Shown here: one piece after another, positions 29,338-42,469 of the stretch
How the letters are laid out: the number at the start of each line of letters is the position of its first letter
How positions within the stretch are numbered: position 1 is the first letter of the stretch
Assembly: GCA_964016885.1 (NCBI GenBank)
Contig: OZ024752.1
Coordinates: 9,114,001-9,178,000, forward strand
DNA: 64,000 nt
DNA from: Eledone cirrhosa
Taxonomy: Eukaryota
Direction of reading: 5' to 3'
The notes under the pieces: model-generated
Told to the model about the DNA's origin: nothing
Databases searched by the model: none
What the model saw: the letters and a program-made list of their open reading frames with translations, nothing else
Translations under genes and position numbers: made by a program

Positions 29338-31829
29338 GCATAGCACAGAGATTAGAATAGCTACTGTTAGGGCCATTACTTCTCTGATAGTATGGACATG
29401 AGATCAGAATGTTAAAGTAAAGAATCATTCCACAGAATTTATAGGAAAAACCAACTGGCAGAACACCCAGTGGTAGACCCCACAAACAAGATGTTTGGAT
29501 GAGATTCATGAGCTCAACTAGTAATGCTTGGGGATCCAGCTGGATCAATTGAAAACATTTACTTCTGACAGGATCCACTCGAAGGCATGCTTCAGGATTT
29601 GCCTCCATGACCCTCTCAGGAATAAGTTAAAGAAGAGGAAAATGAAGAAGAGAATTGAGAAGGTGATGGTGGTGGAGAGGAAGAAGAAGACAATTAGTTT
29701 GAGTCTCATTAGTTGTATCTTAGAAACAATTAATAGTAGGCTCAAAATAATACTCAACATTCCATATACACAACAAATACTCAGCTTTTACATTCTCCAA
29801 GTTGTTAACTTATAACTGTACTCCAGTAGTTCATATAAAAAGAAAAATACCGCCTAGAATACCTGGAGAAAGTCACGTTTCTCCCAAAACTGTGCAGTGT
29901 TCTTCCAGCATCATAACTTTTGTAAATCTACTATTCAAAGTGTGAAGGGAGCCTCTCTATATAAAAGAGCTCTCAAAATTTTCTAGCTTCCCAAACAGCA
30001 TTTAATTTGCATGGTTTCTTGCTAAAATTATGGCTACCAATTTTTCAGAATTCTCATTTCCTCTACTCCTCAAACAATAGTTCTGTGAACAGCTCTCTCA
30101 AGGAGAAAGCCTTCACCTTTGCCGTCCACTTTGTATGCGGCTCCTCCCTACACATACATAGTGAATCTCCACTCTATCCCATATGAAACCCTGCCCTTCA
30201 TTCATAAACACCAAATACCATGTTGCTTTGTTTCATAACAATAAGGCCACTGGCCCTGACAATGAATATGTTTCCCTTGTTCACCCTGACATCCTAAACA
30301 ACATCTAGAAAATAGCTACTCTGCTATTCAATTTAAAGTCACTCATTGACACACTACAGCCTCAGATCCACAGACATGATGTCTTCCCTGTCTCTGTCTC
30401 TTATACCATTACTGCAATGATCTCTTCTCCTTGAAACTTGCTAGTTTCTTACCACCTCAACACTTAATTCCCTTACCTCTCCTTGTTGTGTCCAGGCCTC
30501 ACACTAACCACTACCCTCAGTCCTTCTTGCCCACAACATTTATATTATGGAGCTCAACCTCTCTTCATGTCTTTCCAGATGGAGTGGACATGAACAATCT
30601 TAAACAAAACACCAATAGCATCAATCTCTTTGGTCCCTGAAGACCTGTTAAGGCCTTGGGAAATTCCCTTCTTACAGACCTACCAAGTAAAACAATAAAT
30701 ACTTACTTTTAGGAGTGTTTGGATCAGTAACATAAATATCCCTGGTAGCAGCAGAAGCTTTATCTATAAGAGATGAAATGAAAAATGAGTATATGTACTG
30801 CTTGTGTTGCTTGATATCTAAGGGCTACAGGGAAATGAAGTGGGCATGATCATATGGATGTGTGATGTTAATGTACATGATTGACAAAGCATGGACGAGT
30901 TGAGAGGAAAACTATGTATAAGAGTAATCAAATGGATGATGATCATTGAAGCAAGAAATGTTAAGAGAGACAAGAGGAAGAAAGATGCAGTAGAGGAAGA
31001 CTGAGGAGGATTTCGGTAGATGTGGGGAGATCTGATCTCAGCAGACTGAACCTCACAGAAGAGATTATGAATGTATGATATAAAGTAGAAGGAAACTGTA
31101 CTTGAAAGGACCCATGCAGCCCATGAAAGCATGAAAAAATAGATGTAAAAAGGTGATAATGATATATATATAAACAACATTCAATTTGGCTAAAATTATG
31201 TAATCTAAATAAACTCTGAAATATTGATAATTTTTTCACTGAATTTGTTTATTTGTTTAATTAAAATATTAAATGTTAAGTATTTTGAAAAATACTTGTT
31301 TTTAAAAATCAAAAATATATATTCTATTATCTTCTAACATATCAGAACCATCTGCTGTCCATCTTTCTTCATTCTAGCTATTAACAATTTACTGGTAAAA
31401 GATCAACAACCATTTACTTCAGCTTCTTGTCTTTTTTCTTCTTCTTCAATGCTTCCATTAATTTAATCATATTTTCTGGATCCATCTCCTTGACTTCCAT
31501 TTTTTATAATACATAATATATTTATTTTGTCATTTGATAGGATCCATTACTAATTTTTCTTGAGAAGAGATGATGTGGCAGATTGAAAGAAGAGAAAGCG
31601 AGAATGATTATGTAAGAGTATTAGAATAGGTTCTAAAGAAAGGTTGAAAGTTATGAAGTTAAAGCAAAGTTACAAAGTAATATACTTTGATATGACAATG
31701 TGATGGGCAAGTATACTTACGTGACTGAGTGAATTAGAAATAAATATTTATAAAATTAAATTATTATTCAACAAAAAAAAAAAATGGGGAAAACAAAAGT
31801 TATAAGATAAATAAGTCTTTAAATAATAC

Positions 31830-31865
31830 CTAGTTCCAAATAATCAATCGTTTCATAGATGTGAT
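31830..31865 (-). CDS. 36-nt micro-exon, DHIYETIDYLEL
   Basis: Acceptor taatatttcag, donor GTATTA, phase 1-1. Confidence 0.75.
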   Translation of the reverse strand: MTSMKRLIIWN

Positions 31866-33345
31866 CTGAAATATTAAGAATAAAAATATATATTATTGTA
31901 TATTTTTTGAATTTCTTTTGAATATTGAAATTCCTTCAATGCGAAAATAATTAAATTTATGACTCAAAGTTAATAATATTATTTTTAATTTTAAGGGGCT
32001 TCTTAAAAAATAAAGTTGTTTGCAAGACAAATACATTCTAATCCTGAAGCACATATATGTTCCTCTTAAACAATATTTACATGTATGGTATAGAGATGCA
32101 ATAAATTGTATTTTCTATTCTAAAGTATGACACACACACACACATATATATAGAATGTGTGTGTTTATGTGTGTGTGTGTGTATGTGTGTTCTAAATAGA
32201 GAAAGAGTGAGGAGGGGTTGAGGTGAATGGAGAGCGACAAATAGACAAAAATATTTTCCAAGCCTAAAGAAGAAATCAGTTTGGTTATTCTTCCTCTTCT
32301 TATTATTATTAGTGGTTTGGCAGGATTGGTAGAGCATCAGACACCATGTTTTGTGGTATAGAGTTATGGCCCTTTACGTTCTGAGTTCAAATCCCGTCGA
32401 GGTTAACTTTGCCTTTCATCCTTACAGGATGAATGGCACTGGGTAATTGCTGGCCTCGTGCCAAAAGTAGAAACAATTATTATTATTATTATTATTATTA
32501 TTATCTACTTCTTTTTCTTCTTTTTCACCCACATATTCCTGGGATGGTCATGGGAGCAAAGTCCTAAAGCATGCCTTTGATACTATTGGCATGCAGTTAG
32601 AATATCTCAAGAAAGAAACGCTGGACAGATTTTATGGGCAAACCAACCTTCTTCTTTGCTCACATATTTCTCAGAGAGTCATGGGGGAAGAGTTCTTAAA
32701 CACTCCTTCGGGTGAGTCTGGTCAGAAGCAAGCATTTCCAACAAATCTGGCTGGATCTCCAAGCACCACCCACTATGTTAATGCATTTTATCCAACCATC
32801 TCACTCGGAGTCTACTCTGGATCTTGTGCTGGTTGGTTTTGCCTATAAAATATGTCCAGCAATTCGTTCTTGAGACATTCTAACATGCCCAAAGTATTGA
32901 AGCTGTGATGTCTCAATCTAGAGAAATAACAGCTCTACCTGTAGTGCCTCTCTGATCTCTGAACTATGCATTCTATTAAGTAACATTACTCAAAAGACCT
33001 TTTAGAGGAACCACATTTCGGCCCCTTGTTTTCACAATCGTATTCTTTCTCAGCAGAGCTGTTCTCCTAGAGAACAGGACCGCAGTTAGCAGATGGCGAT
33101 AAGGTCACCAGATACAATGGTTAGTTGCAATATAATCTAGTAGCTACCAGATGTACGAGCAAACCCAGACAAAGAGCGGTACATTACGAGGGGATATGAA
33201 GCAATGGCTGACACCTGTAGCTCACAAGAAAACTGTCACAACCCTGTGATGTAGATATGATGAGGTGAGTAAAGACCACCTCTAAGAAAGACTAGTCTTG
33301 ACGGGTTTGAGAAAATACCAGATTATTGACTGGCATGAACAAGAC

Positions 33346-33806
33346 TGTAGTAAGACGCCTCACGCCTCCTGGCGGATAATGGAACAACCCTAGTTGTCTC
33401 CCCCTGGGGGAGAACACCAGAGGTAAACAGAGACAGCCACTGAAAAGCGGAGGGAACACACGCCAAAGAAAACAACCTCTGTACCACAAAACGATAAACA
33501 GCCAAGGGAACAGCAAACAGCAAACCCCACAATACCTTTGTAATTGTAATACGCTCCTTTCACCACAACTGACCGCGTCTATATTTGGTATGTTCCATTT
33601 GTAATATAATAAACACATATAAACAAAATAAACATCACCATTATTTACAATTGTTGAATATAACTCTCGTGGTTATTGTCTTGTTTACGCACACACCCAC
33701 TCACTTTGTTATAATTCTCACTTACAAAAATGGTAAATAGACGAGGGACCTTCCCTCACGTCTATGTCGATAAACAATCCAACTAGGATACATTCATTTT
33801 ACCACA
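33346..33806 (+). mobile_element. Gypsy solo LTR
   Basis: 461 bp, TG...CA, AGAC TSD on both sides. Confidence 0.93.
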
Positions 33807-34087
33807 AGACCACCAAAACTGCAATATGGTGAGAGCTAAGAAAAAGAATCATACTGCATTGTCTTTCACATTGAATATCAAGGGATGTATTCAGGCCTTA
33901 GACAGTGGGGCATGTTCAAAGAATATATTAGTTTCCATTACATGCCGTGAAAACTGGTGATGTGTCTGCAACCTGTCCTGGGAGGAGTGGCATGGATGCA
34001 CAAAGATTGTGTATCTCGAGACTCCAAAGAGTGTTTGAAATGGAGCAAACATTGACTGTTTGGTATTTAGTTTTTCAAATATATATA

Positions 34088-35622
34088 TACCTGGCATTCG
34101 TCGATCTTGAGAAAGCCTTTGACAGAGTTCCACGTGCTGTAATCTGGTGGGCTCTTAGAAAACTAGGAGTAGAAGAAGGGCTTGTGAAAGCGGTACAGGC
34201 CATGTATAGGGGAGCAGTCAGCAAAGTTAGGATTAGCAATGAGTATAGCGAGGGATTTAGTGTACAGGTTGGGGTCCACTAGGGCTCTGTTTTTAGCCCC
34301 CTCCTGTTCATCATAGTCCTGCAGGCAATAACGGAGGAGTTTAAGACCGGATGCCCATGGGAACTCCTGTATGCTGATGACCTCGCACTTATAGCTGAAT
34401 CTATGGTAGAACTAGAGAAGAAATTCCAAACTTGGAACCAGGGACTAGAAAGAAAGGGTCTCAAAGTCAACATGACAAAGACTAACGTCCTTGTAAGTAG
34501 ACGAGAAAACAGAACCTAGATATCCTCAGGGAAATAGCACTTGCTCATTATGTAGGAAAGGTGTAGGTAGGAACTCCATTCTCTGCCCCAAATGCAAACA
34601 ATGGGTACACAAGAGATGTAGCGGGATCTCAGGAAGCTTAATTAAGAATGTAGGCTTCACATGCAGCAGCTGTGCTGGGACAGCAAACAGCCACAGGAAA
34701 CAAGTACCACCAATCTCTGGGTGGGCTCTGTAGAAACAGTAGACTGCTTCTGCAACCTAGGTGACCGAATTAGCAGCGGAGGTGGGTGTTCAGAAAGTAC
34801 AATAACTAGGGTAAGAACGGGATGGAAGAAGTTTAGGGAACTACTACCACTGCTAGCTGCAAAAGGCTTCTCCCTCAAAATGAAAGGCAGACTATATGAT
34901 GCGTGTATCTGAACAGCGATGTTGCATGGTAGAGAGACCTGGGCGCTGAAGGTGGAAGACTTATGTAGATGAGAGAGAAACGAAGCCTACATGCTCCGAC
35001 GGATGTGTAATAGTAACATACGTGAACAACAAAGCATAAATGAATTGAGCGAGAGACTGAGCATAAGAGGAATCAAATGCTGTGTGCAGGAGAGGCGGTT
35101 GCGTTGGTATGGACATGTGATGCGTATGAAGGATGACAGCTGCATAAAAAGGTGCAGAGCACTAGAAGTCGATGGTAACCACGGCGTGGGGAGACCCAAG
35201 ATGACGTGGGATGAGGTGATAAAAGCCGACCTTACCCAATTACACCTCTCAGAGGCGATGACACACGACCGTGAACGCATTAATAGAGAGTACCCGACCT
35301 CCCATGGGTACAAGCTGAAGCATATAGACAATATGCCCCCACACTCCCCACTGCAAGGTGGTCGTGGAGGTGCCACGGCAAAATAGGCACCCAGCCCACA
35401 CTGTAAAGTGGACGTGTAGGCGCCACGAAAAAGCACCCAGCACTCACTGTAAATGAGGTTGGTGTTAGGAAGTGCATCCAGCTGTAGAAATCAAGCCAAA
35501 TCAGTTCCTGTATGAGCAAGGCATGGTCAGCCGACCAGACACTGCCCACAACAAGACAACCCCTCTAATCCATGCTAGCGTGGAAGAACGGACGTAAAAC
35601 GGTGATGATGATGATGATGATG
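34088..35622 (+). mobile_element. RTE LINE, duplicated and degraded copy
   Basis: Paralog of 20626-22177 with several stops and indels. Confidence 0.92.
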
Positions 35623-38114
35623 CATAGCACAGAGATTAGAATAGCTACTGTTAGGGCCATTACTTCTCTGATAGTATGGACATGAGATCAGAATGTTAAA
35701 GTAAAGAATCATTCCACAGAATTTATAGGAAAAACCAACTGGCAGAACACCCAGTGGTAGACCCCACAAACAAGATGTTTGGATGAGATTCATGAGCTCA
35801 ACTAGTAATGCTTGGGGATCTAGCTGGATCAATTGAAAACATTTCCTTCTGACAGGATCCACTCGAAGGTATGCTTCAGGATTTGCCTCCATGACCCTCT
35901 CAGGAATAAGTTGAAGAAGAGGAAAATGAAGAAGAGAATTGAGAAGGTGATGGTGGTGGAGAGGAAGAAGAAGAAGAAGACGATTAGTTTGAGTCTCATT
36001 AGTTGTATCTTAGAAAAAATTAATAGTAGGCTCAAAATAATACTCAACATTCCATATACACGACAAATACTTAGCCTTGAAATTCTCCAAGTGGTTAACT
36101 TATAGCTGTACTCCAGTAGTTCAGATAAAAAGAAAAATAATGCTTAGAATACCTGCAGAAAGTCACCTTTCTCCCAAAACTGTGCAGTGTTCTTCCAGCA
36201 TCATAACTTTTGTAAATCTACTATTCAAAGTGTGAAGGGAGCCTCTCTATATAAAAGAGCTCTCAAAGCTTTCTAGCTTCCCAAACAGCATTTAATTTGC
36301 CTGGTTTCTTGCTAAAATTATGGCTACCAATTTTTCAGAATTCTCATTTCCTCTACTCCTCAAACAATAGTTCTGTGAACAGCTCTCTCAAGGAGAAAGC
36401 CTTCACCTTTGCTGTCCACTTTTTATGCGACTCCACCCTACACATACATAGTGAATCTCCACTCTATCCCATATGAAACCCTGCCCTTCATTCATAAACA
36501 CCAAATACCATGTTGCTTTGTTTCATAACAATAAGGCCTCTGGCCCTGACAATGAATATGTTTCCCTTGTTCACCCTGACATCCTAAACAACGTCTAGAA
36601 AATAGCTACTCTGCTATTCAATTTAAAGTCACTCATTGACACACTACAGTCTCAGATCCACAGACATGATGTCTTCCCTCTCTCTGTCTCTTATACCATT
36701 ACTGCAATGATCTCTTCTCCTTGAAACTTGCTAGTTTCTTACCACCTCAACACTTAATTCCCTTACCTCTCCTTGTTGTGTCCAGGCCTCACACTAACCA
36801 CTACCCTCAGTCCTTCTTGCCCACAAATTTATATTATGGAACTCAACCTCTCTTCATGTCTTTCCAGTTGGAGTGGACATGAACAATCTTAAACACCAAT
36901 AGCATCAATCTCTTTCGTCCCTGAAGACCTGTTAAGGCCTTGGGAACTGTCCCTTCTTACAGACCTACCAAGTAAAACAATAAATACTTACTTTTAGGAG
37001 TGTTTGGATCATTAACATAAATATCCCTGGCAGCAGCAGAGGCTTTATCTATAAGAGATGAAATGAAAAATGAGTATATGTACTGCTTGTGTTGCTTGAT
37101 AACTGAAGGCTACAGGGAAATGAAGTGGGCATGATCATATGGATGTGTGATGTTAATGTACATGATTGACAAAGCATGGACGAGTTGAGAGGAAAACTAT
37201 GTATAAGAGTAATCAAATGGATGATGATCATTGAAGCAAGAAATGTTAAGAGAGACAAGAGGAAGAAAGATGCAGTAGAGGAAGACTGAGGAGGGCTTCG
37301 GTAGATGTGGAGACATCTGATCTCAGCAGACTGAACCTCACAGAAGAGATTATGGATGTATGATATAAAGTAGAAGGAAACTGTGCTTGAAAGGACCCAT
37401 ACAGCCCATGAAAGCATGAAAAAATAGATGTAAAAAGGTGTTAATAATATATATATAAACAACATTCAACTTGGCTAAAATTAAGTAATCTAAATAAACT
37501 CTGAAATATTGATAATTTTTTCACTGAATTTGTTTATTTGTTTAATTAAAATATTAAATATTAAGTATTTTGAAAAATACTTGTTTTTAAAAATCAAAAA
37601 TATATGTTCTATTATATTCTAACATATCAGAACCATCTGCTGTCCATCTTTCTTCATTCTAGCTATTAACAATTTACTGGTAAGAAGATCAACAACCATT
37701 TACTTCAGCTTCTTGTCTTTTTTCTTCTTCTTCAATGCTTCCATTAATTTAATCATATTTTCTAGATCCATCTCCTTGACTTTCATTTTTTATAATACAT
37801 AATATGTTTATTTTGTCATTTGATAGGATTCATTACTAATTTTTCTTGAGAAGAGATGATGTGGCAGATTGAAAGAAGAGAAAGCGAGAATGATTATGTA
37901 AGAGTATTAGAATAGGTTCTAAAGAAAGGTTGAAAGTTATGAAGTTAAAGCAAAGTTACAAAGTAATATACTTTGATATGACAATGTGATGGGCAAGTAT
38001 ACTTAAGTGACTGAGTGAATTAGAAATAAATATTTATAAAATTAAATTATTATTCAACAAAAAAAAAAATGGGGAAAACAAAAGTTATAAGATAAATAAG
38101 TCTTTAAATAATAC

Positions 38115-38150
38115 CTTGTTCCAAATAATCAATCGTTTCATAGAACTCAT
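38115..38150 (-). CDS. 36-nt micro-exon, DEFYETIDYLEQ
   Basis: Acceptor taatatttcag, donor GTATTA, phase 1-1. Confidence 0.75.
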
Positions 38151-41100
38151 CTGAAATATTAAGAATAAAAATATATATTATTGTATATTTTTTGAATTTC
38201 TTTTGAATATTGAAATTCCTTCAATGCGAAAATAATTAAATTTATGACTCAAAGTTAATAATATTATTTTTAATTTTAAGGGGCTTCTTAAAAAATAAAG
38301 TTGTTTGCAAGACAAATACATTCTAATCCTGAAGCACATATATGTTCCTCTTAAACAATATTTACATGTATGGTATAGAGATGCAATAAATTGTATTTTC
38401 TATTCTAAAGTATGACACACACACACACATATATATAGAATGTGTGTGTGTATGTGTGTGTGTGTGTGTGTGTTCTAAATAGAGAAAGAGTGAGGAGGGG
38501 TTGAGGTGAATGGAGGGTGACAAATAGACAAAAATATTTTCCAAGCCTAAAGAAGAAATCAGTTTGGTTATTCTTCCTCTTCTTATTATTATTAGTGGTT
38601 TGGCAGGATTGGTAGAGCAACAGACACCATGTTTTGCGGTATAGAGTTATGGCCCTTTACGTTCTGAGTTCAAATCCCGTCGAGGTTAACTTTGCCTTTC
38701 ATCCTTACAGGATGAATGGCACTGGGTAATTGCTGGCCTCGTGCCAAAAGTAGAAACAATTATTATTATTATTATTATTATTATTATCTACTTCTTTTTC
38801 TTCTTTTTCACCCACATCTCCCTGGGATGGTCATGGGAGCAAAGTCCTAAAGCATGCCTTTAATACTATTGGCTTGCAGTTAGAATATCTCAAGAAAGAA
38901 ACGCTGGACAGATTTTATGGGCAAACCAACCTTCTTCTTTGCTCACATATTTCTCAGAGAGTCATGGGGGAAGAGTTCTTAAACACTCCTTCGCGTGAGT
39001 CTGGTCAGAAGCAAGCATTTCCAACAAATCTGGCTGGATCTCCAAGCACCACCCACTATGTTCATGCATTTTATCCAACCATCTCACTCGGGGTCTACTC
39101 TGGATCTTGTGCTGGTTGGTTTTGCCTACAAAATATGTCCAGCAATTCTTTCTTGAGACATTCTAACATGCCCAAAGTATTGAAGCTGTGATCTCTCAAT
39201 CTAGAGAAATAACAGCTCTACCTGTAGTGCCTCTCTGATCTCTGAGCTATGCATTCTATTAAGTAACATTACTCAAAAGACCTTTCAGAGGAACCACATT
39301 TCGGCCCCTTGTTTTCACAATCGTATTCTTTTATCAGCAGAGCTGTTCTCCTAGAGAACAGGACCGCAGGTAGCAGATGGCGATAAGGTCACCAGAAACA
39401 ATGGTTAGTTGCAATATAATCTAGTAGCTGCCAGATGTACGAGCAAACCCGGACAAAGAGCGGTACATTACGAGGGGATATGAAGCAATGGCTGACACCT
39501 GTAGCTCACAAGAAAACTGTCACAACCCTGTGATGTAGATAGATATGATGAGGTGAGTAAAGACCACCTCTAAAAAAGACTAGTCTTGACGGGTTTGAGA
39601 AAATACCAGATTATTGACTGGCATGAATAAGACCACCAAAACTGCAATATGGTGAGAGCTAAGAAAAAGAATCATACTGCATTGTCTTTCACATTGAATA
39701 TCAAGGGATGTATTCAGGCCTTAGACAGTGGGGCATGTTCAAAGAATATATTAGTCTCCATTACATGCCGTGAAAACTGGTGATGTGTCTGCAACCTGTC
39801 CTGGGAGGAGTGGCATGGATGCACAAAGATTGTGTATCTCGAGACTCCAAAGAGTGATCAAAATTGAGCAAACATTGACTGTTTGGTATTTAATTTTTCA
39901 AATATATATATATGCATAGCCCAGAGATTAGAATAGCTACTTTTAGGGCCATTACTTCTCTGATAGTATGGACATGAGATCAGAATGTTAAAGTAAAGAA
40001 TCATACCACAGAATTTATAGGAAAAACCAACTGGCAGAACACCCAGTGGTAGACCCCACAAACAAGATGTTTGGATGAGATTCATGAGCTCAACTAGTAA
40101 TGCTTGGGGATCCAGCTGGATCAATTGAAAACATTTCCTTCTGACAGGATCCACTCGAAGGCATGCTTCAGGATTTGCCTCCATGACCCTCTCAGGAATA
40201 AGTTGAAGAAGAGGAAAATGAAGAAGAGAATTGAGAAGGTGATGGTGGTGGAGAGGAAGAAGAAGAAGAAGACGATTAGTTTGAGTCTCATTAGTTGTAT
40301 CTTAGAAAAAATTAATAGTAGGCTCAAAATAATACTCAACATTCCATATACACAACAAATACTTAGCCTTGAAATTCTCCAAGTGGTTAACTTATAGCTG
40401 TACTCCAGTAGTTCAGATAAAAAGAAAAATAATGCCTAGAATACCTGCAGAAAGTCACCTTTCTCCCAAAACTGTGCAGTGTTCTTCCAGCATCATAACT
40501 TTTGTAAATCTACTATTCAAAGTGTGAAGGGAGCCTCTCTATATAAAAGAGCTCTCAAAGCTTTCTAGCTTCCCAAACAGCATATAATTTGCCTGGTTTC
40601 TTGCTAAAATTATGGCTACCAATTTTTCAGAATTCTCATTTCCTCTACTCCTCAAACAATAGTTCTGTGAACAGCTCTCTCAAGGAGAAAGCCTTCACCT
40701 TTGCTGTCCACTTTTTATGCGACTCCACCCTACACATACATAGTGAATCTCCACTCTATCCCATATGAAACCCTGCCCTTCATTCATAAACACCAAATAC
40801 CATGTTGCTTTGTTTCATAACAACAAGGCCACTGGCCCTGACAATGAATATGTTTCCCTTGTTCACCCTGACATCCTAAACAACATCTAGAAAATAGCTA
40901 CTCTGCTATTCAATTTAAAGTCACTCATTGACACACTACAGCCTCAGATCCACAGACATGATGTCTTCCCTCTCTCTGTCTCTTATACCATTACTGCAAT
41001 GATCTCTTCTCCTTGAAACTTGCTAGTTTCTTACCACCTCAACACTTAATTCCCTTACCTCTCCTTGTTGTGTCCAGGCCTCACACTAACCACTACCCTC

Positions 41101-41915
41101 AGTCCTTCTTGCCCACAACATTTATATTATGGAACTCAACCTCTCTTCATGTCTTTTCAGATGGAGTGGACATGAACAATCTTAAACAAAACACCAATAG
41201 CATCAATCTCTTTGGTCCCTGAAGACCTGTTAAGGCCTTGGGCACTGAATTGAGAGGAAAATTTTGTATAAGAGGAATCAAATGGATGATGATCATTGAA
41301 GGAAGAAATGTTAAGAGAGACAAGTGGAAGAAAGATGCAGTAGAGGAAGACTGAAGAGGGCTTAGGTAGATTTGGAGTGATCTGATCTCAGCAGACTGAA
41401 GCTAAGAGAAAAGATTATGAATGTATGATATAAAGTAGAAAGAAACTGTGCTTGAAAGGTCCCATACAGCCCATGAAAGCATGAAAAAATAGATGTAAAA
41501 AGGAACTGACCAAAGGTCAACAATCTGTAGGGGGAGAGAGGAAGAAATACAAAGACAAAGTTGCTGTCATCCTGTGGAAATGGAACATTGCTCCTACAGG
41601 TGTGGAAACTCTTCCTGCAGATTGAAGCAGATGGCTAATCCTTTGACATCAAGCTTGCGAAATTATTGAGACAAAGTGTTGTCAATGGCTCAATGGATGT
41701 TGAGTGAAGTGTGGTGCAACCACTGCTAGATCACCTCCAACACCCAGCTAATTGATTACTTGACTGACTTGTGGGAAACTCTGCTACTGGGCTTTTGGTC
41801 TCTGCTCACATCAGAACTGAGGGAACTCCAAGCTAAGTTAATTTCACATTTAGAAAAATAACATCTAAATCATTTTCTAAATGTATGTATAAAAACGAAG
41901 AATATAGCCAAATAC

Positions 41916-41972
41916 CTTGCATTTCTAACTGTTGATTATGCCTGTCACCCACAGAGTCAATATTTTTAATTG
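41916..41972 (-). CDS. Juxtamembrane cytoplasmic exon (AIKNIDSVGDRHNQQLEMQ)
   Basis: Acceptor tttgtttttcag, donor AAG|GTATTT, 57 nt, phase 1-1, in unique sequence. Confidence 0.7.
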
Positions 41973-42170
41973 CTGAAAAACAAATCAATAGAATATATTA
42001 ACTCAAATAGAAATGACAAAATTATGAAGAAACACTAAAGAAATTTCTTTTTAAATTAGCAACTCCTTTTTTTATCTTTCAGACGCTTCACCTTATTTCA
42101 TAATCTATTTTATAACATCTCTTCACATGGGCATGGTATACAACATGTGTTGGTATACATCAGATTGTGA

Positions 42171-42295
42171 AGGCGCATGGTTGAGTGGTTAGAGAATTGG
42201 ATTTGCAATCTTGAGATTGTGATTTTGATTCCCGGACCGGGCAATGCGTTATGTCCTTGGGCAAGACACTTTATTTCACGTTGCTCCTTCTGTCT
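42171..42295 (+). mobile_element. tRNA-derived SINE 5' part (second family)
   Basis: ggcgcatggttgagtggttagag ... gattcccggaccgggc ... ccttgggcaagacacttt. Confidence 0.6.
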
Positions 42296-42469
42296 GGAAC
42301 TGTGATCAACAGATAGTATTAGAAATTGGAAAGACCAATGGAAACATTGTTTCTTCAGTCCGATTTGACAAGCTCCACCCCACTCGTTAAGCAAATGAGG
42401 TCCGGGATCTTGTCGATACATCAGACAGGATTGTCAGTAGTATTTTGGCATCAGCATTGATAACATTTA

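Larger units (their letters stand above)
12800..41482. repeat. Tandem segmental duplication array, ~4 copies of a ~5.8-6.3 kb unit
   Basis: The same order of landmarks recurs (micro-exon, SINE, LTR site, RTE site, CR1-like relic). Exon spacings are 12413, 5817 and 6285 bp; the first equals ~6.3 kb plus the 4767-bp Gypsy segment and a 1344-bp local duplication. Confidence 0.95.
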
